The notes below the pieces were generated by a model. The model was given only the letters and a program-made list of their open reading frames with translations. It was not told where the DNA came from and did no database searches. 49,247 bases of DNA, taken from positions 1 through 49,247 of the forward strand of contig JACQLK010000022.1 of the NCBI GenBank assembly GCA_016204145.1, read 5' to 3'. Numbering within the stretch: position 1 is the first letter of the stretch; each line of letters begins with the position of its first letter. Positions 28,547 to 39,400 of this stretch are shown piece after piece. The position numbers and the translations under genes were made by a program. This stretch comes from Candidatus Pacearchaeota archaeon. Lineage in GTDB: Archaea > Nanobdellota > Nanobdellia > Pacearchaeales > GW2011-AR1.

Positions 28547-29476
28547 TCACTTCGCTCTCGCCTGAAGCTCTTTTTCCTTTTGTTTTATTTTTTCTTCGAG
28601 TTTTAATTTTTCAATCAATTCTTTGTAACGGTTTCTTATTGTGACTTCCGTTATTCCGGCGATGTCAGCGACTTCCCTTTGGGTTTTTTTCTCGTCGTTC
28701 ATCAATGCCGCGACGTACAAAGCGGCGGCGGAAATTCCCGCAGGGCCTCTTCCAGAAGTCAATTCAACGTCTTCCGCATTTTTCAAAATTTTCAGCGCGT
28801 CATTTTGCGTTTTCGGCGACAATTTTAAAACAGAGGAAAATCTCGCAATGTAATCCTTCGGAGAAGATTGTTTTACTTTTATCCCGAGTTTTCTTATTAT
28901 AAATCTGTAAGTTCTTCCGATCTCTTTTCTTTCAACGTCTGAAGCGGTTGCCATTTCGTCGAGAGTTCTTGGAATATTGTAACTTCTGCATGCGGTGTAC
29001 AAGCACGCGGCGATTACCGACTCCATGCTCCTCCCCCTGACCAAACCTCTTTGAAGAACATAATTGTAAACGCGCGCCGCCTCGTCTCTCACGACGTTCG
29101 GAAGATTCAAATAAGACGCGATGACTCTCAATTCCGCCATTGCAAGACGGAGATTTCTCTCAATGCTTGTTGAAACACGCTCCTGCCATTTTTTCAGGCG
29201 GAGGAATTTTCTTGTTTGTCCCGCTTCCAATTTGTAAATATCAGAGATTTCACCGACGTTTGTTGTAAGACCTTTGTCGAATTTTTGTATGCTTATCGGG
29301 GCGCCTCCGCGGCCTTTTTTTTCCGACTTGTCGAATTTTCCCGCCAAATCCACGCCGGTATCGACCATCTTCTCCTCGACGACGAGACCGCAGTCGTTGC
29401 AAATAATCTCTCCAAGATTTGCGTCATAAGTCAAATTTGCGCTTCCGCATTCGGGACATTTTTTTACAAAGGCCAT
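28547..29476 (-). CDS. tfb: Transcription initiation factor IIB
   Basis: CPECG..C.DCG zinc ribbon, ERNLRLA, GLVRGRS, TQREVADIAGITEVTIRNRYKE. Confidence 0.97.
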   Translation of the reverse strand: MAFVKKCPECGSANLTYDANLGEIICNDCGLVVEEKMVDTGVDLAGKFDKSEKKGRGGAPISIQKFDKGLTTNVGEISDIYKLEAGQTRKFLRLKKWQERVSTSIERNLRLAMAELRVIASYLNLPNVVRDEAARVYNYVLQRGLVRGRSMESVIAACLYTACRSYNIPRTLDEMATASDVERKEIGRTYRFIIRKLGIKVKQSSPKDYIARFSSVLKLSPKTQNDALKILKNAEDVELTSGRGPAGISAAALYVAALMNDEKKTQREVADIAGITEVTIRNRYKELIEKLKLEEKIKQKEKELQARAK

Positions 29477-29632
29477 GTTGAGAATTGATGAGTTTAACGT
29501 GGGTTTATAAACTTTTTGCCTTTATAAAGTTTACTCTTTGTGTAGTTTTGTAAAAGTGATAAATCGCCGCCTATTTTAATTTTGTCAAAACCGCTTCGCA
29601 ATTCTTTTAAACGGCTCTTCTCTTTCTTTTCT

Positions 29633-29704
29633 GTCTCCATAGCTCAGCGGCAGAGCGCGGCTCTCATGAGGCCGAGGTCGGGAGGTCAGCACTCCCTGGA
29701 GACA
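29633..29704 (+). tRNA. tRNA with CAT anticodon (elongator Met or Ile2), atypical T-loop
   Basis: Perfect acceptor GTCTCCA/TGGAGAC, D arm GCTC/GAGC, CGGCT-CTCATGA-GGCCG, T stem GGGAG/CTCCC with loop GTCAGCA. Confidence 0.75.
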
Positions 29705-29772
29705 TTTTTTATTTGTCACAACTCCGGCAAATTTTATTTCTCCCCCTCCAAAAAAATCTCCCCGTAGCAATT

Positions 29773-29945
29773 CCGCTCGTTTTGGATTTCACAAATTCAT
29801 CCTTCCGCAGAAATCTCTTAAAGGAAAGCAAAATTTAACAACAAACAAATTTCTTTCCCATCCAACCAACAAAAACCAATTTTAACAGATAACACTTCCA
29901 TTAGAATTTATGATTGGGGTTTTGCATTAACATCTTTCAAATAGT
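29773..29945 (+). repeat. Intergenic repeat, module D plus core
   Basis: Direct repeat of 27900-28078. Confidence 0.85.
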
Positions 29946-30070
29946 TTCTGCTGGGCGATTATCTACTAATAGAACAAATTAATCCTTTCGTGCTTCGACA
30001 TTGAAATTGATACAAATCTTTACCCAAATCAAGACACTCTGCTCGCGCAGCCCCGCGTTTATGGATTATA

Positions 30071-30162
30071 CGCGAAATCGCCCGTCCGCCAAAGAAAACC
30101 GAGGTTAATTCTAAAGCCCTATAAAATAGTTTTTCATATTAACATTTTTTTCAGATAATTCT
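30071..30162 (+). repeat. Intergenic repeat family copy
   Basis: CGCGAAATCGCCCGTCCGCC..GGTTAATT..ATTAACATTTTTTTCAGATAATT. Confidence 0.7.
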
Positions 30163-30249
30163 TGCAATTTTTTCGTCAGTTCAGGAATATTCTGCAAAAT
30201 ATATCATTTAACAGACAAAACATTATAAATTAAAACAAGAAGTAATTTC

Positions 30250-30651
30250 ATGGTTCTGTGGGTTGAAAGGAAAAGGCATGTCTCAATAATATTTTCCATT
30301 TTGCTTGCAATTGAAATTTTTTACGTTTCATCCCTTCCCGGTTCAAAAGCCACCGCAGCAATTCCCTTTGTTGCGGAGACGTATCATTTCAGCGTATTTT
30401 TTTTGCTTGGATTTTTTCTATTTTTTTCGATAAAAGGCGGCAAAAAGACATCGCCTTTTTATTTGGCGGCTGCCTTGATAATAACTTTGATTTACGCTTT
30501 TTCCGACGAATTTCACCAAAGTTTTGTTCCTTTCAGAAGTCCCGACCTATTTGATATTTTTCTCGATTTAATCGGAGCAAGCATTTCAATTTTAATTGCT
30601 GGATTTATCTCAAAGAAATCTATTCAATTAAACGGGGAAATCATCCAATAA
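30250..30651 (+). CDS. VanZ-family membrane protein
   Basis: IFYVSS.P, H...F, YAFSDEFHQSFVPFR..D...D. Confidence 0.88.
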   Translation: MVLWVERKRHVSIIFSILLAIEIFYVSSLPGSKATAAIPFVAETYHFSVFFLLGFFLFFSIKGGKKTSPFYLAAALIITLIYAFSDEFHQSFVPFRSPDLFDIFLDLIGASISILIAGFISKKSIQLNGEIIQ

Positions 30652-30691
30652 AATTTAGTTATTTTTAATTTTCCCGCGTGAAATAAAACGC

Positions 30692-31042
30692 TCATTCAAA
30701 CAATCTGATTTTATCGCCTTTTTTTCTTGGAATTATGTGAAAATGAACATGTTCTACAACCTGTCCCGCCGGAGAAAAATTATTGTTTACCACATTAAAT
30801 CCCTCTGCCTGATTTTCCTTCATTAATTTTATCGATGTGTTTTTTATGCAATCAACAAGCTCTTGTCCAAACCTCGCCGGAATGTCGAGATATGTTTTAA
30901 AATGCTCTTTTGAAATAACCAAACTGTGTCCTTTTGTAATCGGATTTGCATCCGGAACGGAGAAAAAATTATGATTTTCGTAAATTTTTTTCGACGGAAT
31001 TTTTCCGGAAGATATTTTACAAAAAACACAATCGTCTTTCAT
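30692..31042 (-). CDS. HIT family hydrolase
   Basis: DCVFCKI, GHSLVI, AGQVVEHVHFHIIPR. Confidence 0.95.
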   Translation of the reverse strand: MKDDCVFCKISSGKIPSKKIYENHNFFSVPDANPITKGHSLVISKEHFKTYLDIPARFGQELVDCIKNTSIKLMKENQAEGFNVVNNNFSPAGQVVEHVHFHIIPRKKGDKIRLFE

Positions 31043-31072
31043 TGAAACAAAAAAGAAACATAATTTAAAAAT

Positions 31073-32719
31073 TTATTTGAAGGATTTTCCGGCTTTCTCA
31101 AATTCAATTTCGCCGCCGACTAATCTTCTCACAACTTCATTTATATCCGCTATCTTCACTCTTATTTGTTTTGTTGTGTTTCTTTCCCGGATTGTTACAT
31201 CCCGGTTTTTCGCGGAATCGCCGTCGACGGTTATGCAATACGGCGTTCCCGCCTCGTCGTTTCTGGCGTATCTTCTTCCTATTGAGCCGGATTCATCATA
31301 TAAAATTTTCCACTCTCTGCTCAAATTTTCAAAAACATCAACTGCGATTTTTTCAAATTCTTCTTTTTTTACAATCGGGAAAACCGCGGCTTTTATCGGG
31401 GCCAACTTGGGTGAAATTCTCAAGACGACATTTTGCCTTTTCTCGTCATAGAAATAAGAATCAAATAAAAAAACCAAAAACGCGCGCTCAACCCCGATAC
31501 TCGGCTCGCAAACGACATGCGGAAGAAATTTTTCCTTTGTCTCCTCGTCGAAAATTTTTAAATCCTTGCCGGAAAATTTTTCGTGCCGGCTTAAATCGTA
31601 GTCCTTTCTGTCGGCAATTCCTTCGAGTTCTTTCCATCCGAAAGGAAATTTATATTCCAAATCCCAGCAATCCGAGGAGTAATGCGCGAGCTCGTCTTTC
31701 TTGTGCTGGCGGATTCTGAAATTTTCGGGATTTGCGCCGAGCATTTTGAAAAATTTGAATTCCATCGCGAGCCAATATGCGTGCCAATCCTTCTTTATTA
31801 TCCCTTTTTTCAAGGCGTCTTTTATTTTCATTTTTTCCGAATCGAAATTTTTTTCCTGCGCTTCCGCGGAATAAACAAGCAATTCCTCGTCGGGAATTTC
31901 ATAATCGCATTTTGAATCCGGCTTTATGAAATATTCTATTTCCATTTGTTCAAATTCCCTGCTTCTGAAAAGAAAGTCCCTCGGCGCGATTTCGTTCCTG
32001 AACGCTTTTCCGAATTGCGCTATTCCGAATGGAAGTTTCATTCTTGCGTTTTCGTGAACGAGTTTGAAATCGGCAAAAATCAATTGCGCCGTCTCGGGAC
32101 GGAGATACGCCTCTCCGCCTTCCCCGACATTTGTCTTGAACATCAAATTAAAATCCTTCACGGTTGAAACGTCAAAGTCGCCGCCGCAATTCAAACATTT
32201 GGCTTTTCCCAATTCGTTTCTGTCGACTTTTCCGGGCTTTTTGCATTTTTTGCAAACGACAAAAACATCCGAGAAATTATCAACATGTCCGCTTGCTTTC
32301 CAGACGCTCGGATTTGTGATGATGCTTCCGTCGATTCCGGTCATATCTTTTCTCGAGTAAACGTGATATTTCCACCACTCTCTTTTTATATTGTTTTTTA
32401 ATTCAACTCCGAGGGGACCGAAATCCCAAAAACCGGAAAGTCCGCCGTAAATTTCTCCGGACGGATAAGCAAATCCCTTCCTCTTGCAAAAAACCGCCAT
32501 TTCGTCTATCGAAATTTTTGTCGATTCCATTTTTTCACTTGTTTTTTTTGTTTCATCTATTTTAATTTTTGCAATTTCCTTTGCTTTTTTCTCGGCATCT
32601 TTTTTATTTTTTCCCAAATACGCGAGGGTTTTTGTTTTTACTTTTCCGCCAATTCTTTTGTTCTCATTCAGGTAATAATAATCTTTTCCCCTTATTTTTT
32701 TCTTTACGATAAAAGCCAT
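31073..32719 (-). CDS. glyS: Glycine--tRNA ligase (alpha2 type) with 63-aa basic N-terminal extension
   Basis: EIYGG, YLRPETAQ, GKAFRNEI, REFEQMEIE, ELAHYS, EPSIG, SIGRRYARNDE. Confidence 0.95.
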   Translation of the reverse strand: MAFIVKKKIRGKDYYYLNENKRIGGKVKTKTLAYLGKNKKDAEKKAKEIAKIKIDETKKTSEKMESTKISIDEMAVFCKRKGFAYPSGEIYGGLSGFWDFGPLGVELKNNIKREWWKYHVYSRKDMTGIDGSIITNPSVWKASGHVDNFSDVFVVCKKCKKPGKVDRNELGKAKCLNCGGDFDVSTVKDFNLMFKTNVGEGGEAYLRPETAQLIFADFKLVHENARMKLPFGIAQFGKAFRNEIAPRDFLFRSREFEQMEIEYFIKPDSKCDYEIPDEELLVYSAEAQEKNFDSEKMKIKDALKKGIIKKDWHAYWLAMEFKFFKMLGANPENFRIRQHKKDELAHYSSDCWDLEYKFPFGWKELEGIADRKDYDLSRHEKFSGKDLKIFDEETKEKFLPHVVCEPSIGVERAFLVFLFDSYFYDEKRQNVVLRISPKLAPIKAAVFPIVKKEEFEKIAVDVFENLSREWKILYDESGSIGRRYARNDEAGTPYCITVDGDSAKNRDVTIRERNTTKQIRVKIADINEVVRRLVGGEIEFEKAGKSFK

Positions 32720-32720
32720 T

Positions 32721-33080
32721 TTATTTTACAAATTCCACATCTTCCAAATTTTGGAATTCTTTGTCTCCTGTTAAAAATTTTATTCCCAAATCTTTCGCCT
32801 GAAAATAAGAGATGCAATCCGTCATTGATAATTTTTTCTTCTTATTTTTATGCCTGAATTCCATGGCCTTCTCTATAGTTTCTACGTCAAAATCTTTAAC
32901 AAATTTATTATATTTATCAAGATATTTGCTGGCGGTTTCCACACCATAGTTTGAAATTAACCAATAAGCTAATTCGGTTAATATAAATTTATTAATGATT
33001 ATTTGAGAATTAATGTAAAATTTGTAATTTTCATTGCCTTTAATAATCTCTATTATGGCATAAGTATCAAAAAGAAACAT
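32721..33080 (-). CDS. vapC: VapC (PIN domain) toxin
   Basis: FDTYAIIE, LTE, LSMTDCISY, LTGDKEF; ATG at 33080 just after the antitoxin stop. Confidence 0.9.
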   Translation of the reverse strand: MFLFDTYAIIEIIKGNENYKFYINSQIIINKFILTELAYWLISNYGVETASKYLDKYNKFVKDFDVETIEKAMEFRHKNKKKKLSMTDCISYFQAKDLGIKFLTGDKEFQNLEDVEFVK

Positions 33081-33081
33081 T

Positions 33082-33312
33082 TTAAAATTCACTATCCAAC
33101 TCTTTATCAATCTCTTCCATAATTTCCCGTGTTGTTTTTTTTGTTTTTAATGTTCCAAACATTTCTCCAAGAACATTTTTTGTTTTTTCTTTATTCATCA
33201 AAATAGTCACTTCATCCCCCTCTTTAATTTCAGTTGTTTCAATAGTTTTTTGAGGCACAACTATCCCGAATGAATTTCCCCATTTTCTTAATTTTGTTTT
33301 TATTTCAATCAT
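33082..33312 (-). CDS. vapB: AbrB/MazE-type antitoxin
   Basis: KLRKWGNSFGIVVP..IKEGDEV swapped-hairpin motif. Confidence 0.9.
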   Translation of the reverse strand: MIEIKTKLRKWGNSFGIVVPQKTIETTEIKEGDEVTILMNKEKTKNVLGEMFGTLKTKKTTREIMEEIDKELDSEF

Positions 33313-33329
33313 GTATAAACCGTATAAAC
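33313..33329. promoter_or_regulatory. Putative antitoxin operator, GTATAAAC twice
   Basis: Tandem 8-mers immediately upstream of the vapB start codon. Confidence 0.45.
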
Positions 33330-33400
33330 ATTTTTATTTAAATCTTTCTGTTAAGTAATTAGGCACTACGCGAGGATATTTAAGTTTTTTTGTTTATTGT

Positions 33401-33471
33401 GTTAATACATATATAATAAGTATTTTTCTAATATTACATACATTTATAATAGTTAATACATACATAGTAAG
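33401..33471 (+). promoter_or_regulatory. Pair of 20-bp direct repeats upstream of the giant surface gene
   Basis: GTTAATACATATATAATAAG (33401-33420) and GTTAATACATACATAGTAAG (33452-33471), 18/20 identical. Confidence 0.5.
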
Positions 33472-33472
33472 G

Positions 33473-36400
33473 ATGGGAGGGACTCGTTTAGCAAAAGCCA
33501 GAATAGCGGAGCTTAAGAAAAGGATAGCTCATGCAGAGCAAAAGAAAAAAGAATTTTCAGATTATTTGCGCGGATTGAAACAAAAATATCATCGCGGCGA
33601 AATTTCATATTCGTCTTTCCTTGAACATTTTTATCAAAAGCGAAACGGGCTTAATCTGAAGGAGTGGCTTCTTCATTTTGACGACTATATCAAGGATTGC
33701 AAAAAGGAAATAAGAAAAGAGAGAATAAAACTCCTTGGGAACTATTCTGTGTTTGCATTTTTGTCTTTAGTTTTTATTTCAATTTTCTTCTTGGCTTTTT
33801 CCAATATGAACATCGGCTTCACGGGCTTTGCAATTCAGGAAGGAGAAAATATTTCCGCAAATCAATCGATTTCAGAAGAAATAAACGGAGAGGTTCAAAA
33901 TGAAACGAGTCCTTCCCATCAGATTGGACAAGAACCTCTCCCGCCTTCTGAGAACATAACTGCAAACGAAAGTTCTATTTCAGGAAATTTCTCTTCGGGA
34001 AATTTAACAGAACAAAATGCGACAGAAATTAATCAAACGCAAATCAACGAAACGCAAAATATTTCCGCGGAAAACGAAACAATTCCGATTCAAAACATCA
34101 CAAATCAAACGACTCAAAACATTGCAGAACAGAATATAACGCAACAAAACGTCTCAATCGTTGAAGATGCCACAATAAACACGACACAAGTAACTCCAAA
34201 AATAAAACTTGGCGAGAAAGTAAAATGGAAAAAAACAATTTCCAGTAATGAAATCGGAAACGCCACAATAATTCTCCCGAAAAATTCAGAAAACATAACA
34301 ATAACAAAAATAAAAGAAAACAAAGAAGAAGACATAACTTCTTCAAGCTCCATAACGGGCGCGGTTGTCGGCGGTTCAAGAGAAAATTTCATTTTCCGAC
34401 TTTTAAAAAACATTTTTGGAAGAATAACGGGAAGAATCGTTGATGAAATCGCGAGGCAAAATGTAAGCGTTGAGGTTGAGATTGAAATTGACGAGATTCA
34501 AGCAGAATATGAAGTTGAATATGAGACGCCCGCGCCTTATTCTATTGAAGAAGACATTGCTTTTGGGAAAAGAGTAAAAATTTTCGGTCCCGACGCGGTT
34601 CATTATGAAAACGTTCTCGCTTTCACGAATATTTCTGAAAATTTGAATTTGAAAAATCCAAGCAAGATAAAAATAAAATGGATTGAGCAAAATATTTACA
34701 TAAATCCGGATTCTGTTCTTGACTCGGATGAAAACGGAATTTACGATTATGTCGAGTGGAATGTTCCGAGTTTGAGCGAGCAGACGTTTGAAATAATTGT
34801 AATCACGAAAGCCGAGCATCTTGATGAAAATTATAATTTTGTTTCCGACATTTATGAACAGGTTAAAGAACTGGATGGGATTTGGAGCGAAGAAATTCCA
34901 GATGCACATTATGTTCGCGTAACGTTTGAAAAAAATCTTACAAATGAAAATGATATAACAATTTATCCGCGAATTACAAGCGGAAATCCGACTATTGAGG
35001 TTTATGAGGAAAACGGAAATGATTTGGTTGCAGAATTTTCTTCGCTGAATGAAAACGAATACAATAAAGTTTTTTTGACGAATCTTATTTCTGAATCTCA
35101 AAATGTTTTCGATTTGAAAGTCGTTGGTGGAACAATTCAAATAGATTACATTGTTGACCCTGTAGAAGTCGGATTTTTTGACGATTTTGAAGGAACATTG
35201 GCAAAATGGGGAACGACGTCTTGGGTTGTGACTACAGCGCAATTTAAAAACGGCGCGCAGTCTCTGCAATCTGCAAACGGGCAGGAAGGAGACATCATCA
35301 CAGACCCGTTTGACACATCCAACGCAACTTCAATCAATATAAGTTTTTGGTTCAGAGACAACAATTTGGATGCGGGCGATATAGATTTTTATTTTTTTAA
35401 CGGCACAAGTTCCGCTTATGAGTTGCAGACAGAAACTCTTGAAACTGAAACGGCAGAAGATATTTGGACATTTAAAAGTTTCACAACTTCAAACAGCGAA
35501 TTCTTCATAAGCAATTTCAGCGTAAGATTCAATGCTAATTTGGGAAACGGAGAAAATTTCTGGGTTGATGACTTTTCAGTAAACAAGACGACTGTCGTCG
35601 TGGATTCAACATCTCCAGATGTCACAATAAACGTTCCACAGAACACGACATATCATGTGCATTTTGATTTGCCATTTAATTTCAATGTTTCTTTAAATGA
35701 AGCTGGAAATGCATTATATTCCCTTGACAATGGTTTTACAAATATTACAATGAACACAACAGACAATTTGAATTTTAATGCGACTCTTCTGGATTTGACT
35801 GAAGGAAGTTACACTTTCCAAGTTTATGCAAACGATACTGCTGGAAATGCAAATTATTCGGAAAGTGTTGTTTTTGATTTAGTCATGGATAATATGCTTG
35901 TCAACGGAACAACCGTTGCTCCAGACGGAATGCCGACAAATACCACTTTTGTAATTATAGATGAATCTTCTTCAAATGTTGTTTACAATGAAACAAACGA
36001 TACACACGAGACGTTGATTCCTTTGAACTCAACTTACACAATTGAAGTTCTTCCTTTGGAAATAGATTCCGTAGACAAAGTTGAATTTAATGACGTTAAT
36101 TTTTCTGAAATAAATGATACTGTCACAAGCATTGTTAAAATAAATGAAAACGAAACTCTTGGAAATTTCAGTACTGTATTTTCCGTAAGACCGCAGTTTG
36201 AAACATTTGAAAACGGAACCTTATTTTTTACCGCGAAAGCGAACGCTTTGTTCAGATGCGGAGAGTGGAATTACACTATGGAATCTTGCCAGGGGAACTG
36301 GAGTTTGTTCATGAACGATTTGATTCCAGGAGAAGAATACAATTTCACATTTTCCGGAACAAGGGGTTACGGAATAATAAACATTACAAATGCGACACAT

Positions 36401-39400
36401 CTTGACTCAAACAGGAGTTACATATCCGACATTTATGACTATGTAAAAGAATATGACGGCAATTGGTCTGAAATAATTCCCGACGGGCATTACGTTCGCG
36501 TCGTCTTTCAAGAAAATCTGACCTCGGGCAACGATATTACAATCGTGCCGAGAAATCTTTCCGGAGATGCGAGAGTTGAGGTTTATGAAAACGGGCAGGA
36601 CGTTTTGCTTTCGGAATTTTATCCTTTGATTGAAGGAGAATTAAATCAAATTCTTCTTACAAATCTTACAGGAACGCAAGATGTATTTGACTTGCGTGTT
36701 TCGGGGAACGATGTTGAATTTGATTACATCGTCGACCCAAACATCACTGTCATTGATACTCAATCCAAAGACGTTGGGATAACTCCGATTAACAGCACCG
36801 CATTTGTAATAGTCTGGAATAATATCTCCTCTGATGTTGCTTCAAACGGTTCATTCTTTAAAATAATGACAACAACAGGAAGCATTGTCCTTGATACTGT
36901 TAAAGTAGACGAAAATAATCCGAGAGTTTCCGTCGCCGCCCTCAATTCAACAACATTTGCCCTTGTTTATGTGAACGCATCAACAGCGGATGAATTAAGA
37001 ACAGTATGGACTACTGACGGAACGAAAGTTTTTGGTCCGACAACAGATGACGGCTCTATAGGGGTTGTTGGTTGGGATGTTTCTGCGACGGCGATAAATG
37101 AAACAGCTTATGTTTCCTGCTATGTTGACATGGGAACAGACGGAGATGGGGACGTTCACATAATAAATTATAATGCCGCATCGTCTGAAATAGGGCTTAA
37201 CGGAGACATTGACGCCAACCAAAATTATGCAAATCTTTTTGATTGCGCGACCATAAATTCAACGGCGTGGGCGGGAGTAACGTATGATGCAGTAGACGCC
37301 GATGTCGGATTGGCGGTTTATAATGACAGGGGAACTGCGATAACTGCGCTTACTCTCATAGATACAAGTGTAGGAACAGGCGGAGCGCAGGTTTCTGTTA
37401 CTGGATTGAATGGCGAGAATTTTGCAATGGTTTGGTTTACAAATCTGAGCACTGCAGACACAAACATAAGCGCAACGGTAAGAACTGCAAACAATGGCGT
37501 TGTAACGGCAAAAACAAGAATTGTAAACATGCCCGGAAATTGGACAAGAATTGATGCTGCAACAGTGGCGAATGACACGGGAGATTATCTTGTTCTCGGC
37601 TGGATTAATTTAACAACAAAAGGTGTTTTGGCTCAAACATTCAAACAAGATTTGACTCCCGCTTCCGGAATAATAACAATTGATACCGCCATGAACAGGG
37701 AATACCCTTTGTTTGACATAATTGGAAAAACAACCACGACATCTTTATGCAATGAGACATTTGCTATTGCCTATACAAATTTCACAAATTCTACTGTTGT
37801 AAAAACATATTGGATGAATGGAAGCATTTGGAATGGAGTTTGTCCTGCCCCCGCGGACAACACAAAACCCGCAATTTCAATTTTTTCTCCCGCAAACTTG
37901 ACAAACACGACGGATAATTTGATTGATATTCTCGCGACATATTCCGACGCCGGCGGGCTTTCTTCCGCGTGGTATAACAATGATACTCATGCCGTGGCAA
38001 ACAAATCTCTTGGAACCGTCGGTTCATTTACAAATATAACAAATCTGACTTGGGGCGAGGGCGGACACAATGTGACGGTTTATGTGAGCGACACTGCGGG
38101 AAATGAAAATTGGACTTCTGTAACATTTGAAGTTGATTCAATAAAGCCCGCGATAGAAATTGTTTCTCCTGCAATAAATAATTCAAACAGTAGCGATACG
38201 GCTCTTGATATTACTTATACTACATCCGATGCGCATCTGTTTAATTTTTGGTATGCAAATGATACGACAACGGGCGCAAACAAATCCCTTGGTGTCTTGG
38301 GAACATCATTTAACATCACGAATATAACTTGGGGCGAAGGAAAACATAATGTTACAATTTACGCAAATGATACTTTTGGAAACGTAAATCAAACAAGAAT
38401 CAGCTTCACGATTGATTCAACAAAACCTCTTGTAACAATAGCAAATCCGACGACAAACAATACAAACACAAGCGACAATCTTCTCGATATAAATTACATA
38501 CCGACGGACACTTTTACGCAAATAGATTCTGCATGGTATACCAACAATTCAGGAAATATAAACAAATCCCTTGGAACACTCGGCTCTTTGACAAATATTT
38601 CAAACATAACTTGGGGCGAAGGAAAACACAACGTTACAATATACACAAATGACACCGCCGGAAACGTGAATTTCACGACGATAAGTTTTACTGTTGACAC
38701 CGTAATCCCTGGAATTTCAATTGATTCCCCAAGCAACCTGACAAATTCAAGCAATCCTGGTCTTGATGTAAATTTCATAGCATCTGATTCCGGTTCCGGG
38801 TTGTTCAATTTTTGGTATGCAAACGACACCTATTCTGTTGCAAACAAATCCCTTGGTGTCTTGGGAACATCATTTAACATCACGAATATAACTTGGGGCG
38901 AAGGAAATCATAATGTAACGATCTGGGCAAATGATTCTGCTGGAAATTACAATTTTGCGTCTGTTACATTTGAAGTTGATTCAATAAAGCCCGCGATAGA
39001 AATTGTTTCTCCGACGGGGAACAACACAAACACAAGCGACACCGCTCTTGATGTTACTTACACGACTTCGGATTTGCATCTTTTCAACTTTTGGTATAAC
39101 AATGATACTCATGCCGCGGCAAACAAATCTCTCGGTGTCTTGGGAACTTCATTCAACATCACAAACATAACATGGGGCGAGGGAAAGCATAATGTCACAA
39201 TTTATTCAAACGACACGTTTGGAAATGTGAATTTCACGACGACAAGTTTCACAATAGATTCAACTCTTCCTTTGATAACAATAACAAATCCCGCAAGCAA
39301 TAACACAAACACAAGCGACAATGGTTTGGATGTAAATTATGTTGCAACCGACACTTTCACGCAAATCAGTTCGGCATGGTATACAAATAATTCTGGGAAC

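Noticed and set aside
29661-29670. TCA (selenocysteine/opal) reading of the CAT tRNA
   Set aside because: Stem register centres CAT, and there is no long variable arm or extended acceptor stem.
34403-35269. 288-aa minus-strand ORF and other antisense ORFs in the track
   Set aside because: Shadows of long plus-strand genes with no recognisable motifs.
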